From: an uncultured Acidobacteriota bacterium
GTDB taxonomy: Bacteria > Acidobacteriota > UBA6911
NCBI GenBank assembly: GCA_963761825.1
Contig: CAVXIH010000005.1
Span: 74,992-138,991 of the forward strand
Reading direction: 5' to 3'
Length of the DNA: 64,000 nucleotides
The notes beneath the pieces are model-generated. The model saw only the letters and a program-made list of their open reading frames with translations. It did no database searches and was not told the origin of the DNA. A program made the translations under genes and the position numbers. Every line of letters begins with the position of its first letter. Position 1 is the stretch's first letter. Positions 1 to 10,854 of this stretch are shown here, piece by piece.

Positions 1-1779
1 GAAGAACAGGTATTGGGAAAGGCTTACGACGCTCGGCTGATGCGCCGTCTGCTCAAATACATCAGGCCGTATCGCGGCTCCGCGTATCTGGCCATTGTGT
101 GCCTGCTTCTGGGATCGGCGTTTTCAATCCTGCAGCCGATCCTCACCAAGATCGCAATCGATCGATACATCAAGAACAACAATTTGGCCGGACTGAACCA
201 AATCGCGATTCTTTACATAGGCACCCTAGTCCTGGTTCTCGGTCTGAGTTTCGCCCAGACGTGGCTCATCAATTTAATGGGCCAGAAAATCATGCGCGAT
301 CTCCGCATGGAGATCTTCCGGCATCTTCAAAAGCTCGATGTTGCCTTTTTCGACAAAAATCCGGTCGGCCGCCTGATGACGCGCGTGACAACGGATGTCG
401 ACGCCCTGAACGAACTGTTCACGGCCGGCGTCATCTCCGTTTTTGAAGATGTCTTCATGCTTTCGGGAATCATCATTTCCCTGTTTTTGCTGAACTATAA
501 GCTCGCCTTTGCCATCGTTGCCATTCTTCCGCTTTTGATTCTGGTCACGCTGATGTTCAAGATCAAGGTGCGCGACTCCTACAGGAGAGTCCGGACGGCG
601 ATTGCGCGCATCAATGCCTTCCTGCAGGAAAATATAACGGGCGCAGCCGTCGTCCAGATCTTCGGACAGGAAAGAAAACAGTACCGGAAATTCACGCACA
701 TCAACAAGGAACACCTGGACGCCAACGTGCAGGGGATATTCTATTATGCGATTTTCTATCCGCTGCTCGAACTGATCTCGGCGATGGCGATCGCTTTGAT
801 CATCTGGTACGGCGGGCATCAGGTGTTGGCCGGCGCCCTGACACTGGGGACACTGGTGGCGTTCATCCAATACTCCGACCGGTTTTTCCGCCCCATCTCG
901 GATCTCAGTGAAAAGTACACGATTCTCCAGGCCGCCATGGCGTCATCGGAGAGAATCTTCAGGCTCCTGGATACGGAACCGTCGATCATTTCCGCCCAAA
1001 CTCCGCAGGCGCCCTCGGTGCAAAAAGGCAGCATCGAATTCCGCAACGTCAGTTTTTCCTACAACCCCGGCGAACCGGTCCTGCACGATATCTCCTTCAA
1101 GGTCGAGCAGGGCCAGAAGATCGCCGTTGTCGGCGCCACCGGCGCCGGCAAATCGACGATCATCTCACTGCTGAGCCGTTTTTACGATGTCCAGCAGGGC
1201 CAAATCCTGATCGATGGACAGGACATAAAGGATTTCAATCTGCAGGAGCTGCGCCGTTCCATCGGGATCGTGCTTCAGGAAGTGTTTTTGTTTTCAGGAA
1301 GCGTCGCAGACAACATACGTTTGGGAAACAAAAGCATCACCGATGAAGACGTGCGGCGGGCGGCGGAAACGGTTCATGCATCCGGTTTCATCCGCGAACT
1401 GGAGCATCAATATGCATCCAAAGTCGGAGAACGGGGCTCCTCTCTTTCGGTGGGGCAGAAACAGCTGCTTGCCTTTGCGCGTGCCCTGGCCTACGACCCG
1501 AAAATCCTGGTCCTGGATGAAGCGACCTCCAGCATCGACACGGAAACAGAGATGCTGATTCGGGATGCGCTCGAAAAATTGATGGCTGACCGCACGTCTA
1601 TCATCATCGCGCATCGCCTTTCCACAGTGCAAAATGCAGACCGCATCATCGTCCTGCACCACGGCCGCATCCGGGAAACCGGCACGCATCAGGAACTGCT
1701 TCATCTAAAGGGTATTTACTGGAAACTCTACCAGCTGCAGTACAAGGACCAGCCCCTCTCTGGAGGAACAAAGGATTAG
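1..1779 (+). CDS. ABC transporter ATP-binding/permease (MsbA-like exporter), 5' truncated by the window edge
   Basis: TM domain followed by NBD with Walker A GATGAGKS, signature LSVGQKQ and Walker B ILVLDEATS; the frame is open from base 1. Confidence 0.95.
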   Translation, partial: EEQVLGKAYDARLMRRLLKYIRPYRGSAYLAIVCLLLGSAFSILQPILTKIAIDRYIKNNNLAGLNQIAILYIGTLVLVLGLSFAQTWLINLMGQKIMRDLRMEIFRHLQKLDVAFFDKNPVGRLMTRVTTDVDALNELFTAGVISVFEDVFMLSGIIISLFLLNYKLAFAIVAILPLLILVTLMFKIKVRDSYRRVRTAIARINAFLQENITGAAVVQIFGQERKQYRKFTHINKEHLDANVQGIFYYAIFYPLLELISAMAIALIIWYGGHQVLAGALTLGTLVAFIQYSDRFFRPISDLSEKYTILQAAMASSERIFRLLDTEPSIISAQTPQAPSVQKGSIEFRNVSFSYNPGEPVLHDISFKVEQGQKIAVVGATGAGKSTIISLLSRFYDVQQGQILIDGQDIKDFNLQELRRSIGIVLQEVFLFSGSVADNIRLGNKSITDEDVRRAAETVHASGFIRELEHQYASKVGERGSSLSVGQKQLLAFARALAYDPKILVLDEATSSIDTETEMLIRDALEKLMADRTSIIIAHRLSTVQNADRIIVLHHGRIRETGTHQELLHLKGIYWKLYQLQYKDQPLSGGTKD

Positions 1780-1900
1780 AGGATCAAAGGGGTAGAGGGG
1801 TAAAGGAAAAGAACGAAGAAGCTAAGGAAGAAGTACTTTATTATTTTACCCCTTTACCCCTTTACCCCTTTACCCCTTTAATCCTTTAATCCTTTGCTCC
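1770..1900. repeat. Palindromic element made of 8-nt tandem units between convergent genes
   Basis: Left arm AAAGGATT-AGAGGATC-AAAGGGGT-AGAGGGGT-AAAGG (1770-1806); right arm 4x TTTACCCC, 2x TTTAATCC, TTTGCTCC (1845-1900), the inverted counterpart. Confidence 0.85.
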
Positions 1901-2607
1901 TTCTTCGCGAAGTGCGCCACCAGGTCGCCAATTTCCAGGGTTCCCTTCATAAGAAAACCCTCCCCTTTCAGCGTTCCGATGAGAGTGCCGTAGAAGGAAT
2001 GGATGTTTTCCACGTGCGTTAAAAAGTCCGGGTGGCTGAGACTCGTGGAAGGCTCGCGGCTTGCAGGATCAAACAGCTGGGATCGGTAGGATCCGATGGC
2101 GGCATTGCGCTCTGCAATGAATTCCGTAATATCGACGACAAAGCTTGGAGGGACGTTCGTTGGCAGCTTGAAATATAAAAGCGTAGGAGGCCGATAGCGC
2201 GCCTGGCCCGTCTTGATCTTCGCCAGCCCGGAGTGATGCACGGCTTCGGCAACCAGCCTGCTCGTATTGACGTGATCCGGGTGTTTGTCGTCCCAATGAT
2301 GCGTCAAAACGATCCGGGGGCAATACTTGCGCACCATGCGAATCACTTTCAGCCGTGCGCGCGACGTAACGGCCATATCGCCGTCGGCAAGGCCCAGGTT
2401 TTCGCGGATTTTCAATCCAAGTACTTCGGCCGCCTTATGCGCTTCCCTTTTGCGCAAAGCCGGCGTTCCACGAGTCCCTAGTTCACCGCGCGTCATATCA
2501 ACCACGCCGGTTGCATAGCCGAGCGCCGCCATTTTAGCCAGCGTCCCGCCTGCAAAAAGCTCCACATCGTCCGGGTGGGCGCCAAAAGCAAGTATGTCGA
2601 GTGTCAT
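1870..2607 (-). CDS. bshB1: Bacillithiol biosynthesis deacetylase (PIG-L family)
   Basis: DILAFGAHPDDVE, DMTRGELGTRGT and HPDH motifs; next to a bshC-like gene. Confidence 0.88.
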   Translation of the reverse strand: MTLDILAFGAHPDDVELFAGGTLAKMAALGYATGVVDMTRGELGTRGTPALRKREAHKAAEVLGLKIRENLGLADGDMAVTSRARLKVIRMVRKYCPRIVLTHHWDDKHPDHVNTSRLVAEAVHHSGLAKIKTGQARYRPPTLLYFKLPTNVPPSFVVDITEFIAERNAAIGSYRSQLFDPASREPSTSLSHPDFLTHVENIHSFYGTLIGTLKGEGFLMKGTLEIGDLVAHFAKKEQRIKGLKG

Positions 2608-2610
2608 TCT

Positions 2611-3934
2611 TTAATCCATGGCAATGAGTTGATGTTCACGACTCAGAATATCCAGCTTCTCATACAAAGGTCGCAACGCCGCACAAGAATAGCGCAAAAG
2701 CATCTGAATGCCGCCAAGTTCCCGCTCCTGAATCCGTCCGTTCGGGGCAAGGGTGTTGCAGGTTCTTGATATCTGCCGGCGGACCATCTCTTCTTTTCTT
2801 TTGCAGGCGGTTTCAAAATTTTCCCTCAGGCGATCCAGCTGAAAGATGATTTTTTCCCTCCCGGAATCTGCAACTCCGCGGAGAGTACCATCGCCTGGAC
2901 AAAGGGCATTCAGCGCTGCAATCCTCTCTTCCGTCTCCAGTTTCAGTTTGCCCAGTTTTTCCGAGGCTCCTCGAGGCATTGCGTCCAGAATTCCTGTGAT
3001 GATCGCATCTGCGCCCGCATAGAGCCGGTTCAGATCGAGACCATAGCGGTCCAGAATTCGCCGGCTCCTGCTATCGAGGACAGTTGCGCTGGCCTGAGGC
3101 CACGCCATAGGTCCGACAAGGTTCCGGTCTCTCAAAAACGATTGCGCCCCGGTGAAAGCATCCACCTCAAAGGGATCGATCACAGTAGCGATAACGGGCA
3201 GAAGGGAGCACTGCAGGACGGATGCGGGCAGTGTGGAAAGCGCCGCAGCGCATCCTGCATCTTCCAGATCCAGGGAATGCGGATCCAATACAATGATGCC
3301 CCATTCCTTCATAAGCGCCGCCACCAGCCGCGCGCAACGCCTCGGCAAGGGTTGTCTCCGGGCTAAAAGATGATCTGAGAATTTCAAGAACTTCCGTATC
3401 GTAATTGCCGCGTCCTGATTCTTCTATTAGGGCAAGAAGTGCCTCTATCCTGCCCCCGGGCAAGGGATCGCTCAGCTCCTGATTTTCCAGATCCAGAGAG
3501 CAAATCTCCGATTCATTATTTAAAATCCGAACAGACCACCTCGAAAAAGCGCGCGGCAGCTCTCCACTGATCCAGCAGACAGGCACTGCCTGGAGTTTGT
3601 GGCGGGCCAGTTCTTCACAGATTTTGATAGTGGTCAGGCATTTGAACAATTGAAAAGCCGGTCCGCCAAACAGGCCGGGATAAAAATTTGTCAGAACGAC
3701 GACGGATTCCGGCTGTTGAAGTCGTTGGAGGTTTTCCCGCGTCCGGTCGTAACACAGACGGGCATCCTTCGCCAGCTGCCGGCACAAAGCATCACGCGGG
3801 CCGGTCTGGCCGCGCAGGGAGTCTGCACGAGCTATTATTTCCGGTATCTCAGGCAAAGCTGGGACAAAAGGCATTTTTGCGCACAAAAAACTGGACCAGG
3901 TTTCGGGGATTCCGGGCAATTCTTCGAATTTCAA
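2611..3934 (-). CDS. BshC-like protein, shortened (about 440 aa) with degenerate motifs; one frameshift near 3370-3390
   Basis: GLFGGP..QLFKCLTTIKICEEL, VPVCW, WGIIVLDP and C-terminal LAPNGRIQER resemble BshC; joined from ORFs 3167..3934 and 2611..3387. Confidence 0.72.
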
Positions 3935-4461
3935 TTCAGCCTGCGCCTGTTGTGAATGCGGTTCCGAGGAACCGTCTTCATGGAATGGGAGTACGTGTTC
4001 CGTTTTTTTTCGGGCATGCGAATGTGCAGCATACGCAAATCGTCCCCGGCATCTTCAATCTCGATTTCTGTGGCCTGATCAATCCTCGCGGTGAGACGTT
4101 CACTCCATTCAATCACCGTAATTCCCTCGCTGCCGAGGAAGTCATCCATGCCGATCGAATACAGATCCCGCTCGCCCTCGAGCCGGTAGAGATCCACATG
4201 ATAGATAGGACAGACACCGTGATAGATATTTACCAGAGTAAACGAGGGGCTGTTGACCATACCCGGATCCTCAAGCCCGAGTCCTTGAGCTATGCCGCGT
4301 GTTAAGGTCGTTTTGCCCATGCCCAATGCTCCGCGCAGCAATACCACTCCTGGAATGGACAAGGACCGTCCGATCTCCAACCCGATTTGCCGGGTTTCCT
4401 CGGGAGATCGGCTCAATATATCTGTAACCCGCTGTTTTTTCGCAGTCCTGCCAGGTTTCAT
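3931..4461 (-). CDS. tsaE: tRNA t6A biosynthesis ATPase
   Basis: GALGMGKTT, VNSPSFTLVNIY, YHVDLYRL. Confidence 0.95.
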   Translation of the reverse strand: MKPGRTAKKQRVTDILSRSPEETRQIGLEIGRSLSIPGVVLLRGALGMGKTTLTRGIAQGLGLEDPGMVNSPSFTLVNIYHGVCPIYHVDLYRLEGERDLYSIGMDDFLGSEGITVIEWSERLTARIDQATEIEIEDAGDDLRMLHIRMPEKKRNTYSHSMKTVPRNRIHNRRRLN

Positions 4462-6048
4462 GGATTCAGCACTTTTTTAAATGCTTTGGGCAAATATGCC
4501 AGGAGATCCGTGGCAATAAGGGATTCCATGCCTTTGTCTTCTGCTGCCAGATCTCCGGCCAGACCATGAATGTAAACGGCAGCAGACAGGCAGTCCGCAA
4601 GATTCAGCGGATTTTCGCGGCCGCGTCTGATGTTTCCAGCCTGCTACGAAGCGCCCCATGATTCCCGCCAGAATATCTCCGGTTCCTCCTGTTGCCATGC
4701 CGGGATTTCCCGTGCAGTTGATGAAAACATCTCCTGCCGGAGTCGCAATCACGGTCTGAAATCCCTTTAAAACTACATAGCAGCGGTAGCGCGACGCACA
4801 ATTGAGCGCGATTTCAAGGCGGTTTTTCTGCACATCCGCTATTTTCTTTCCCATCAGCCGGGCCATCTCGCCGGGGTGAGGAGTGATAATAATGGGCATG
4901 CCGGCTTCATTTTGAAGCGGCGCTGCGGGAGGCACAAAAGCGTTTATGCCGTCGGCATCCAGAACCACTGGGACCGGCGAACGCCGCACAAGCTCCCAAA
5001 TCAGTTTTCGAGTGGATGGATGCACCGTCATCCCCGGGCCAAGAACCATGGCTTCCACCTGGGGGAGCAGCGCCAGCAGTCTCTCCGCTCCAGCCCTGTC
5101 TGATGTCTGATCTTCCGTCTCCGGCAAAAACTCCGTCATCAGTTCAGGGAATTTCCCGACGACGCTCCGCTGAAGGCTTTTGGGAAGCCAGAGCGTGACC
5201 AAGCCTGCGCCTGATCTGAGAGCCGCCATTCCGGTCATCAGCGCCGCACCGCTTTTGCCGCCGGATCCGGCGACCACGTAGACATGGCCGAAGGAGCCTT
5301 TATGGCTGTCCGGCGCCCTCCGCGGCAATGCTTTGCGTATTTGAACGGGATCGATCAGATTCAGGCGATATTCCGGATTCTCAAGCAGGGCCGGGGGAGA
5401 TCCGATGGGAACCAGCACGACCTTCCCCGCAAAATCGGATGCAGGGGGAACAATGTGCGCCAGCTTCAGTGCCGAAAACGTCACGGTGAGATGCGCTTTG
5501 ACGGCAGGTCCCGGAATCACGGGGGAATCGGCGAAAAGCCCGGACGGGATGTCGACGGAAGCCACAAATGCCCGGGCAGAAACCTTGTTGACCCAGTCCA
5601 CGACGGGGCGGGTATCGGGCCCGATCGGTTTCCCAAGGCCCGTCCCAAAAAGTGCATCCACGATCACGTCCGGCTGAGAGACCTTTCTCAGATAGGATTT
5701 GGCTTCTGCCGGCGTGGCGAGCACCTGGATGGGCAGATCCATGGCATGCGCGATTTCCCAGTTGGTGCGCGCATCGCCTCTGAGCTTTTCAGGGTCGGCA
5801 AAGAGCAATATGGATGGATTGGCGTTCCGCAACGCGAGATAGCGCGCCACCACAAATCCATCGCCGCCGTTATTCCCTCTTCCACAGAGTATCACGATGC
5901 GTTTTGCGCTCAGGCCCGGGCAAGCTTTTTCAAGCTCGTCTGCAAAAGACCGGCCGGCGTTTTCCATCAACAATATGGATGGCATGCGATACTGCTCCGT
6001 TGTAAGCCGGTCGACTTCCGCCATTTGAGCTGCAGTCAGTATCTTCAA
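4458..6048 (-). CDS. nnr: Bifunctional NAD(P)HX epimerase/dehydratase (YjeF); frameshift near 4620
   Basis: LMENAG, GRGNNGGDG, DSHKGSFG, ITPHPGEMARL, GNPGMATGGTGD; the alternate frame gives AAVYIHGLAGDLAA and ends in TGA overlapping the tsaE start. Confidence 0.93.
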
Positions 6049-6061
6049 TGTGCCTCCTTTG

Positions 6062-6213
6062 GTCGGCTATCAGCTATCAGCTGTCGCAGCTATCAGCTGC
6101 GTTGTCGGCAGTCAGCTGTCGCAGCTGCAATTAATGGCTACCGGCAACAACTCATACTTATCATGCCGACTAACGACTGCCGTGCTGCTGACGGCTGATC
6201 AGCTGACTATGAC
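6062..6213. repeat. Heptamer-based imperfect palindrome in a divergent intergenic region
   Basis: Left arm of GCTATCA/GCTGTC-type units (6062-6127), right arm of GACTAAC/GACTGCC/GCTGACG-type units (6165-6213). Confidence 0.75.
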
Positions 6214-6216
6214 TAG

Positions 6217-6246
6217 TTGACGCCCCTTCCGAATAAGTCTTATTAT
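6217..6246 (+). promoter_or_regulatory. Putative sigma70 promoter for the M48 protease gene
   Basis: TTGACG (6217-6222), 18-nt spacer, TATTAT (6241-6246). Confidence 0.5.
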
Positions 6247-6382
6247 TATAGGTGTGAGACATTCAGGGGCCCGGAACATCTAAGTATTTGTGAAGCAAAC
6301 CGATTGACTTCTGGGTCTCACTCGATGCTTAGCATAGCTGGCATCGCCGCAGAAAACAACCGCTCCTGAGAGGGGGACGAAC

Positions 6383-7522
6383 ATGAAGAGGCTACGCGCG
6401 ATACGTTTATTGCATGCCTGGCGACGGTACTGGTTTCTTTGCCGGGATATGCCGAAAGGAAGCATGGCGATGTTGAAAATATTGGAAATCGCAGCGTATC
6501 AGGACGGATCTTTAAGGTTTTGCCCAACTTCGTATCGATGGAAAAAGAGATCGCTTTGGGCAACCAGATTGCGGGGGAATTTGAGCAGACGGCTCGAGAT
6601 GGTTGAAGATCCCGTGATCACTGATTACGTGGACCGGATTGGCCAGAACATCGTCAAGCATTCGGATGCCAAGGTTCCTTTTCACATCAAGGTCGTGGAT
6701 ACGGACGAGGTCAACGCCTTCGCTTTTCCGGGCGGCTACTTTTATGTCAACAAGGGTCTGCTCCTGGCCGCGCGGAACGAAGCGGAACTGGCAGGCGTGA
6801 TGGCCCATGAAATTTCTCACGTAACCGCGCGTCACGCCACCGAGCGCATGTCCAAGGGGCAATATCTTCAGTTGGCAGCAATTCCCGCCATGTTTGTCGG
6901 CGGATATTGGGCACAGATGGGGATCCAGAATGCTTTGGGTCTGGGTATAAACCTGGAACTGATGGGCATCACCAGGGAATCCGAGAGAGAAGCCGACCAG
7001 CTCGGGATCCAATATCTCTGGAATGCCGGCTATGACCCGAACGCTTTCGTCTCATTTTTCGAGAAGATGCAGCAAGAGGAAAAGAGCAAACCTGGCCGTC
7101 TGGCAGGCTGGTTCCGCACGCATCCGTCCACCACGGACCGGATCGTCGCTGCCCTGGATGAGCAGCGCTATCTGCCCGAAAAAGACAACTACATCGTGAA
7201 TACTTCGGAGTTTGACCGCGTGCGAGCCCGGCTGCAATCTATTGACAATGCTCAGAAATCCGAGGAGGCGGGCGACGCCAAGGAACAAAAACGGCCGACA
7301 CTCAAGCGCCGAACGGCGGACGGAAGCCCTGATCCCAATGATACCGGCGGTGACGATGACGGCGCTGCCACCAAGAAGAGGCCGACACTGAAGCGGCCCA
7401 CAGATCCGGATTCCCAGCCAACAGAACTAGGAGCCAGTCCGAGTCCTGGAATGGCCAGGACTCGGAGATATTTTTGCTCGCGCAACCAAATCCTTGCAGG
7501 GTCGGGAATATCCTGCATTTAA
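6383..7522 (+). CDS. M48 family Zn metalloprotease (BepA/YfgC-like); N-terminus scrambled by indels
   Basis: VNAFAFPGG, AHEISH (HExxH), ESEREAD, THPS motifs. Confidence 0.9.
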   Translation: MKRLRAIRLLHAWRRYWFLCRDMPKGSMAMLKILEIAAYQDGSLRFCPTSYRWKKRSLWATRLRGNLSRRLEMVEDPVITDYVDRIGQNIVKHSDAKVPFHIKVVDTDEVNAFAFPGGYFYVNKGLLLAARNEAELAGVMAHEISHVTARHATERMSKGQYLQLAAIPAMFVGGYWAQMGIQNALGLGINLELMGITRESEREADQLGIQYLWNAGYDPNAFVSFFEKMQQEEKSKPGRLAGWFRTHPSTTDRIVAALDEQRYLPEKDNYIVNTSEFDRVRARLQSIDNAQKSEEAGDAKEQKRPTLKRRTADGSPDPNDTGGDDDGAATKKRPTLKRPTDPDSQPTELGASPSPGMARTRRYFCSRNQILAGSGISCI

Positions 7523-7625
7523 AAGCTGTAACAATCGCCACCTTCTTGAAACAGTTTTCCTGTATTCTTCGTATTGATAGTTGTTACGCAGACTTGGCTG
7601 TTTCTAATCATAAGGAGTATCCGGT

Positions 7626-9331
7626 ATGAAATACGGTTCCGCTTCGTCCAAGTGGATCTCAATGTTGGGAATTATTGGTCTGGTTTTCACTCTCACAACA
7701 GTCCCGTCACCCGTTATCATGGCGCAGCAGGCTGCGGCTGACTCCCAGGAGGCGGCAAAGAAGTCCGCCGATGAGCGACCTGCCTCCTCTGCCCTTGAGC
7801 CCGATCGAAATTGCGGAGAAGGATGGGACGGCACTGCGGCTGTCGCTCAAAGACATTACAAAACTGGCGCTGCAGAATAACCTAGATATTGCCATCCAGG
7901 ATACAAACGAAGAACTGACTCAGCAGAAAATCATCAGCCGCTTATGGCAACTATGATCCCAAGCTGACGGCCCAGCTTGGCGTGCAATTGCGAAAAACGC
8001 CAATACAAAGCTGACATACCAGCACTCGCCACAGGGAAATCCAACAAGAACGATAGCGCCAATTGGAACTTTACTTTTTCGGAAGCCCGTCAAAACGGGA
8101 GGACACCTTTCAAGCGCAATGGAATTCCAGCAGATCGGACAGCAACTCAGTCCTTTTTTACTATTCAATCCGAATTACAACAGAAGCGGCATGACAGTAC
8201 AATACACTCAGCCCTTCTGGCAAAACTTACACATCGACACCACCGAGGAAACATCAAGCTGGTAAATCTGGACCTCGAAAGCACCGACAGCAAATTCAAG
8301 CAAAAAGTCACGGAAACCATTGCGAATATCCAGAGCAGTACTGGGATCTGGTATCGGCAATTCGCAACTATGACATCCGGCGCAATTCGGTAAAATTGGC
8401 CCAAATCAACCTCCGGGACAACAGGAAAAAAGTGGAAGTCGGCACGCTCGCCCCTATCGCGATTACCGAAGCCAGGCCGACCTCAAATCCAGAGAACTCG
8501 ATTTGATTTCATCCGAAGAGCAAATCCTCCGCCAGGAAAACACGGTGCGCCAGCTGATCTCCAATGACAGGAATGCAGACATCTGGTACAAGGTCATCGT
8601 TCCGACCGACCTACCGGATTTTATGGAATATAAGGTCGATTTGAAGACGGCCATAGATACGGCACTGAAGAACAGACCGGAACTGGAGCAGTGCGATATT
8701 CAATTGGAGCGGTCGGACATCAATCTGAAGATGACCGAAAACAACCGCAAATGGCAAATGGATCTTAACCGGCCAATTCGGAAGCAGCCGGGTCCGCCGG
8801 GTCCGCAACATATCAAAGCTAGAGACAGCGTACGATTACCCGAGCCTTCTCGGTGGCTCGGCCAGGCCTACAAGACATATTTACCGAAGGCTTCACCAAC
8901 TGGCAGGTAGCATTTACATTCGGTAACCACTTGCGGAACGGAACATGGATTCCCAAATCGCCCAGCAGAAGATCCAGAGACAACAGACACTCATGAATCG
9001 GAAAGCCGGAACAAAACATCCAGGTGGAAGTCCGCAATGCCGTCCAGAAACTCAAGACCAACCGCAAGCAGGTGGAACAGGCGAAGAAGCAACCCCAGCT
9101 GACCAAAGAGCGGCTGGATGGCGAAGTGAAGCGTTTTGACGCAGGACTAAGCGAGAACTACCGCGTCCTCGAACGGCAGAATCAGCTTGCAAGTCAGAAA
9201 ATACCGAACTGAAACCTGATCACTATAAAAAGGCAATTATTGCCTTGCAAAAAGCGATGTACACCCTTTTGGAATCCAACCAATTCGAGATTGCCAAAGG
9301 CAGCTCCAACAACGTCCCCGACTTGAAGTAG
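7626..9331 (+). CDS. TolC-family outer membrane efflux protein, multiple frameshifts
   Basis: Signal peptide; LSLKDITKLALQNNLDIAI, ALKNRPEL and EVRNAVQKL segments spread over several ORFs; last segment ends NVPDLK-stop at 9331. Confidence 0.8.
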
Positions 9332-9332
9332 C

Positions 9333-9400
9333 ATTGACGATTTAAGATTGACGATTGACGATGCCTTTCAATCGTCAATCGTAAATCATAAATTGTAAAT
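9333..9400. repeat. Heptamer palindrome directly after the tolC stop codon
   Basis: Three ATTGACG units with one ATTTAAG, a short spacer, then CAATCGT-CAATCGT-AAATCAT-AAATTGT. Confidence 0.85.
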
Positions 9401-9443
9401 ATTTACCTCCCACTTTCCCCCCCATTTCCTTTAGAATTGCCAC

Positions 9444-10298
9444 ATGAATATAGAAATGTTCGTCTATACGTATGCCCTATTGGGTCTGATAATCGGGAGT
9501 TTTCTCAATGTATGCATTTATCGGATTCCCCTGGGAAAATCGGTAGTCTTTCCGGGATCCGGCTGTCCGCAATGCGGCAAACCGATACGTTCTTACGACA
9601 ATATCCCGGTGTTGTCCTACATAATATTAAGTGGGAAATGCCGATTTTGCGGGAAACCTATTTCGATGCAGTATCCAATCGTGGAACTGCTGACGGCAGT
9701 GGCCTATTATACCTGCGCCAGGACTTGGGGCTTTCGTCGCCGACATTCGTGAACTCCCTTTTTCTTGCCGTCATCATCGTTCTTATTTTCACGGACTACA
9801 ACCACCGCATCCTTCCGAATATGCTGACGTTTCCCGGAACTCTCGCAGGGATACTGCTGAGCCCTTTCCAAAGGCCTCCGGCAGGCCAGCTTAATTCCTA
9901 CTATGCCGATAATATATCCGTAATAGCTGCCGCCCCATTCTCCCCGGAAATCCCGAGGCGGCCCTGCCTTGGGTGGGCTCCATTTTAGGTGCCCTCATCG
10001 GCGGAGGCCTCCTCCTCATGTGGGGTTTGCCTATGAAAAGCTCCGCAAGAGCAGGGGCTCGGAATGGGGGATGTAAAGATGATGGCGATGGTGGGAGCAT
10101 TCCTGGGCTGGTGTCTGGCTTTTCTGACCATTTTTTTAGGTTCCCTGCTCGGCCTTTCTCGGAGTATTTCTCATCCTGTTCCGCAAAATGAATCTTCAGA
10201 CAAAACTGGCTTTCGGCGTTTTCCTAGGCGTTGGTGCCGCAGTTTCTCTATTCTACGGACTGCCGTTTCTCGGCTGGTATTTCGGATTTTCTCGATAA
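9444..10298 (+). CDS. pilD: Prepilin peptidase (A24), frameshifted
   Basis: [20 protein letters not shown] Zn sites, [31 protein letters not shown]. Confidence 0.9.
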
Positions 10299-10333
10299 TT
10301 TTTTCGCTCACGACACGCTATTCCGTTAGAACT

Positions 10334-10854
10334 ATGTGAGTCGAAACGGAATCGAAAAGCGGACGCATCCTCAGGCTACAGACTCGTGGAATAGCTGATG
10401 GTCGTTGCCATCGCGGTATTTTGCTCACGGCGGCAATACCCGGCATTGCCGGGCTGCAACAGGAGTGGACGTTATGGGGCGCCGCAGACCCTAGAAGCCT
10501 CCATGCAGTGGGGCAGGATGCGTGCAATTTCTTCGAATACGCCGGTCATTTTCTCGAGACGGATGCCAGGAATTCTATTGGGCGGATGCCGAAAGCGGAG
10601 AACCTTTTTCCGCCGGCACTCTGCGGCATCTCCCGAGCGGCATCCGCATCGCGGCGGCACCCCGACGCCCGCTACGGTTCTACCCTCACGGCAACGCCGC
10701 TCCTGCCGGGACCTACACTATAGCAGGCGAAAACGGATCCTATTCGGTAGTAGTAACCCCGGGAGGAAGAATTCGCACTCAAAAAGAATTAACGATTCCT
10801 GATTTCGGGTTGAATCCTCACGGAACCTTTAATCTGGAATCCCGAGATCAATGA
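10334..10854 (+). CDS. FimT/GspH-like minor pilin, frameshifted; limits approximate
   Basis: GY.LVE-like prepilin start followed by hydrophobic LMVVAIAVFLLTAAIP; C-terminal SVVVTPGGRIR. Confidence 0.6.

Noticed and set aside
1845-1892. Telomere-like repeat or eukaryotic contamination (TTTACCCC)n
   Set aside because: The array is short, internal, paired with an inverted arm and continuous with bacterial genes on both sides.
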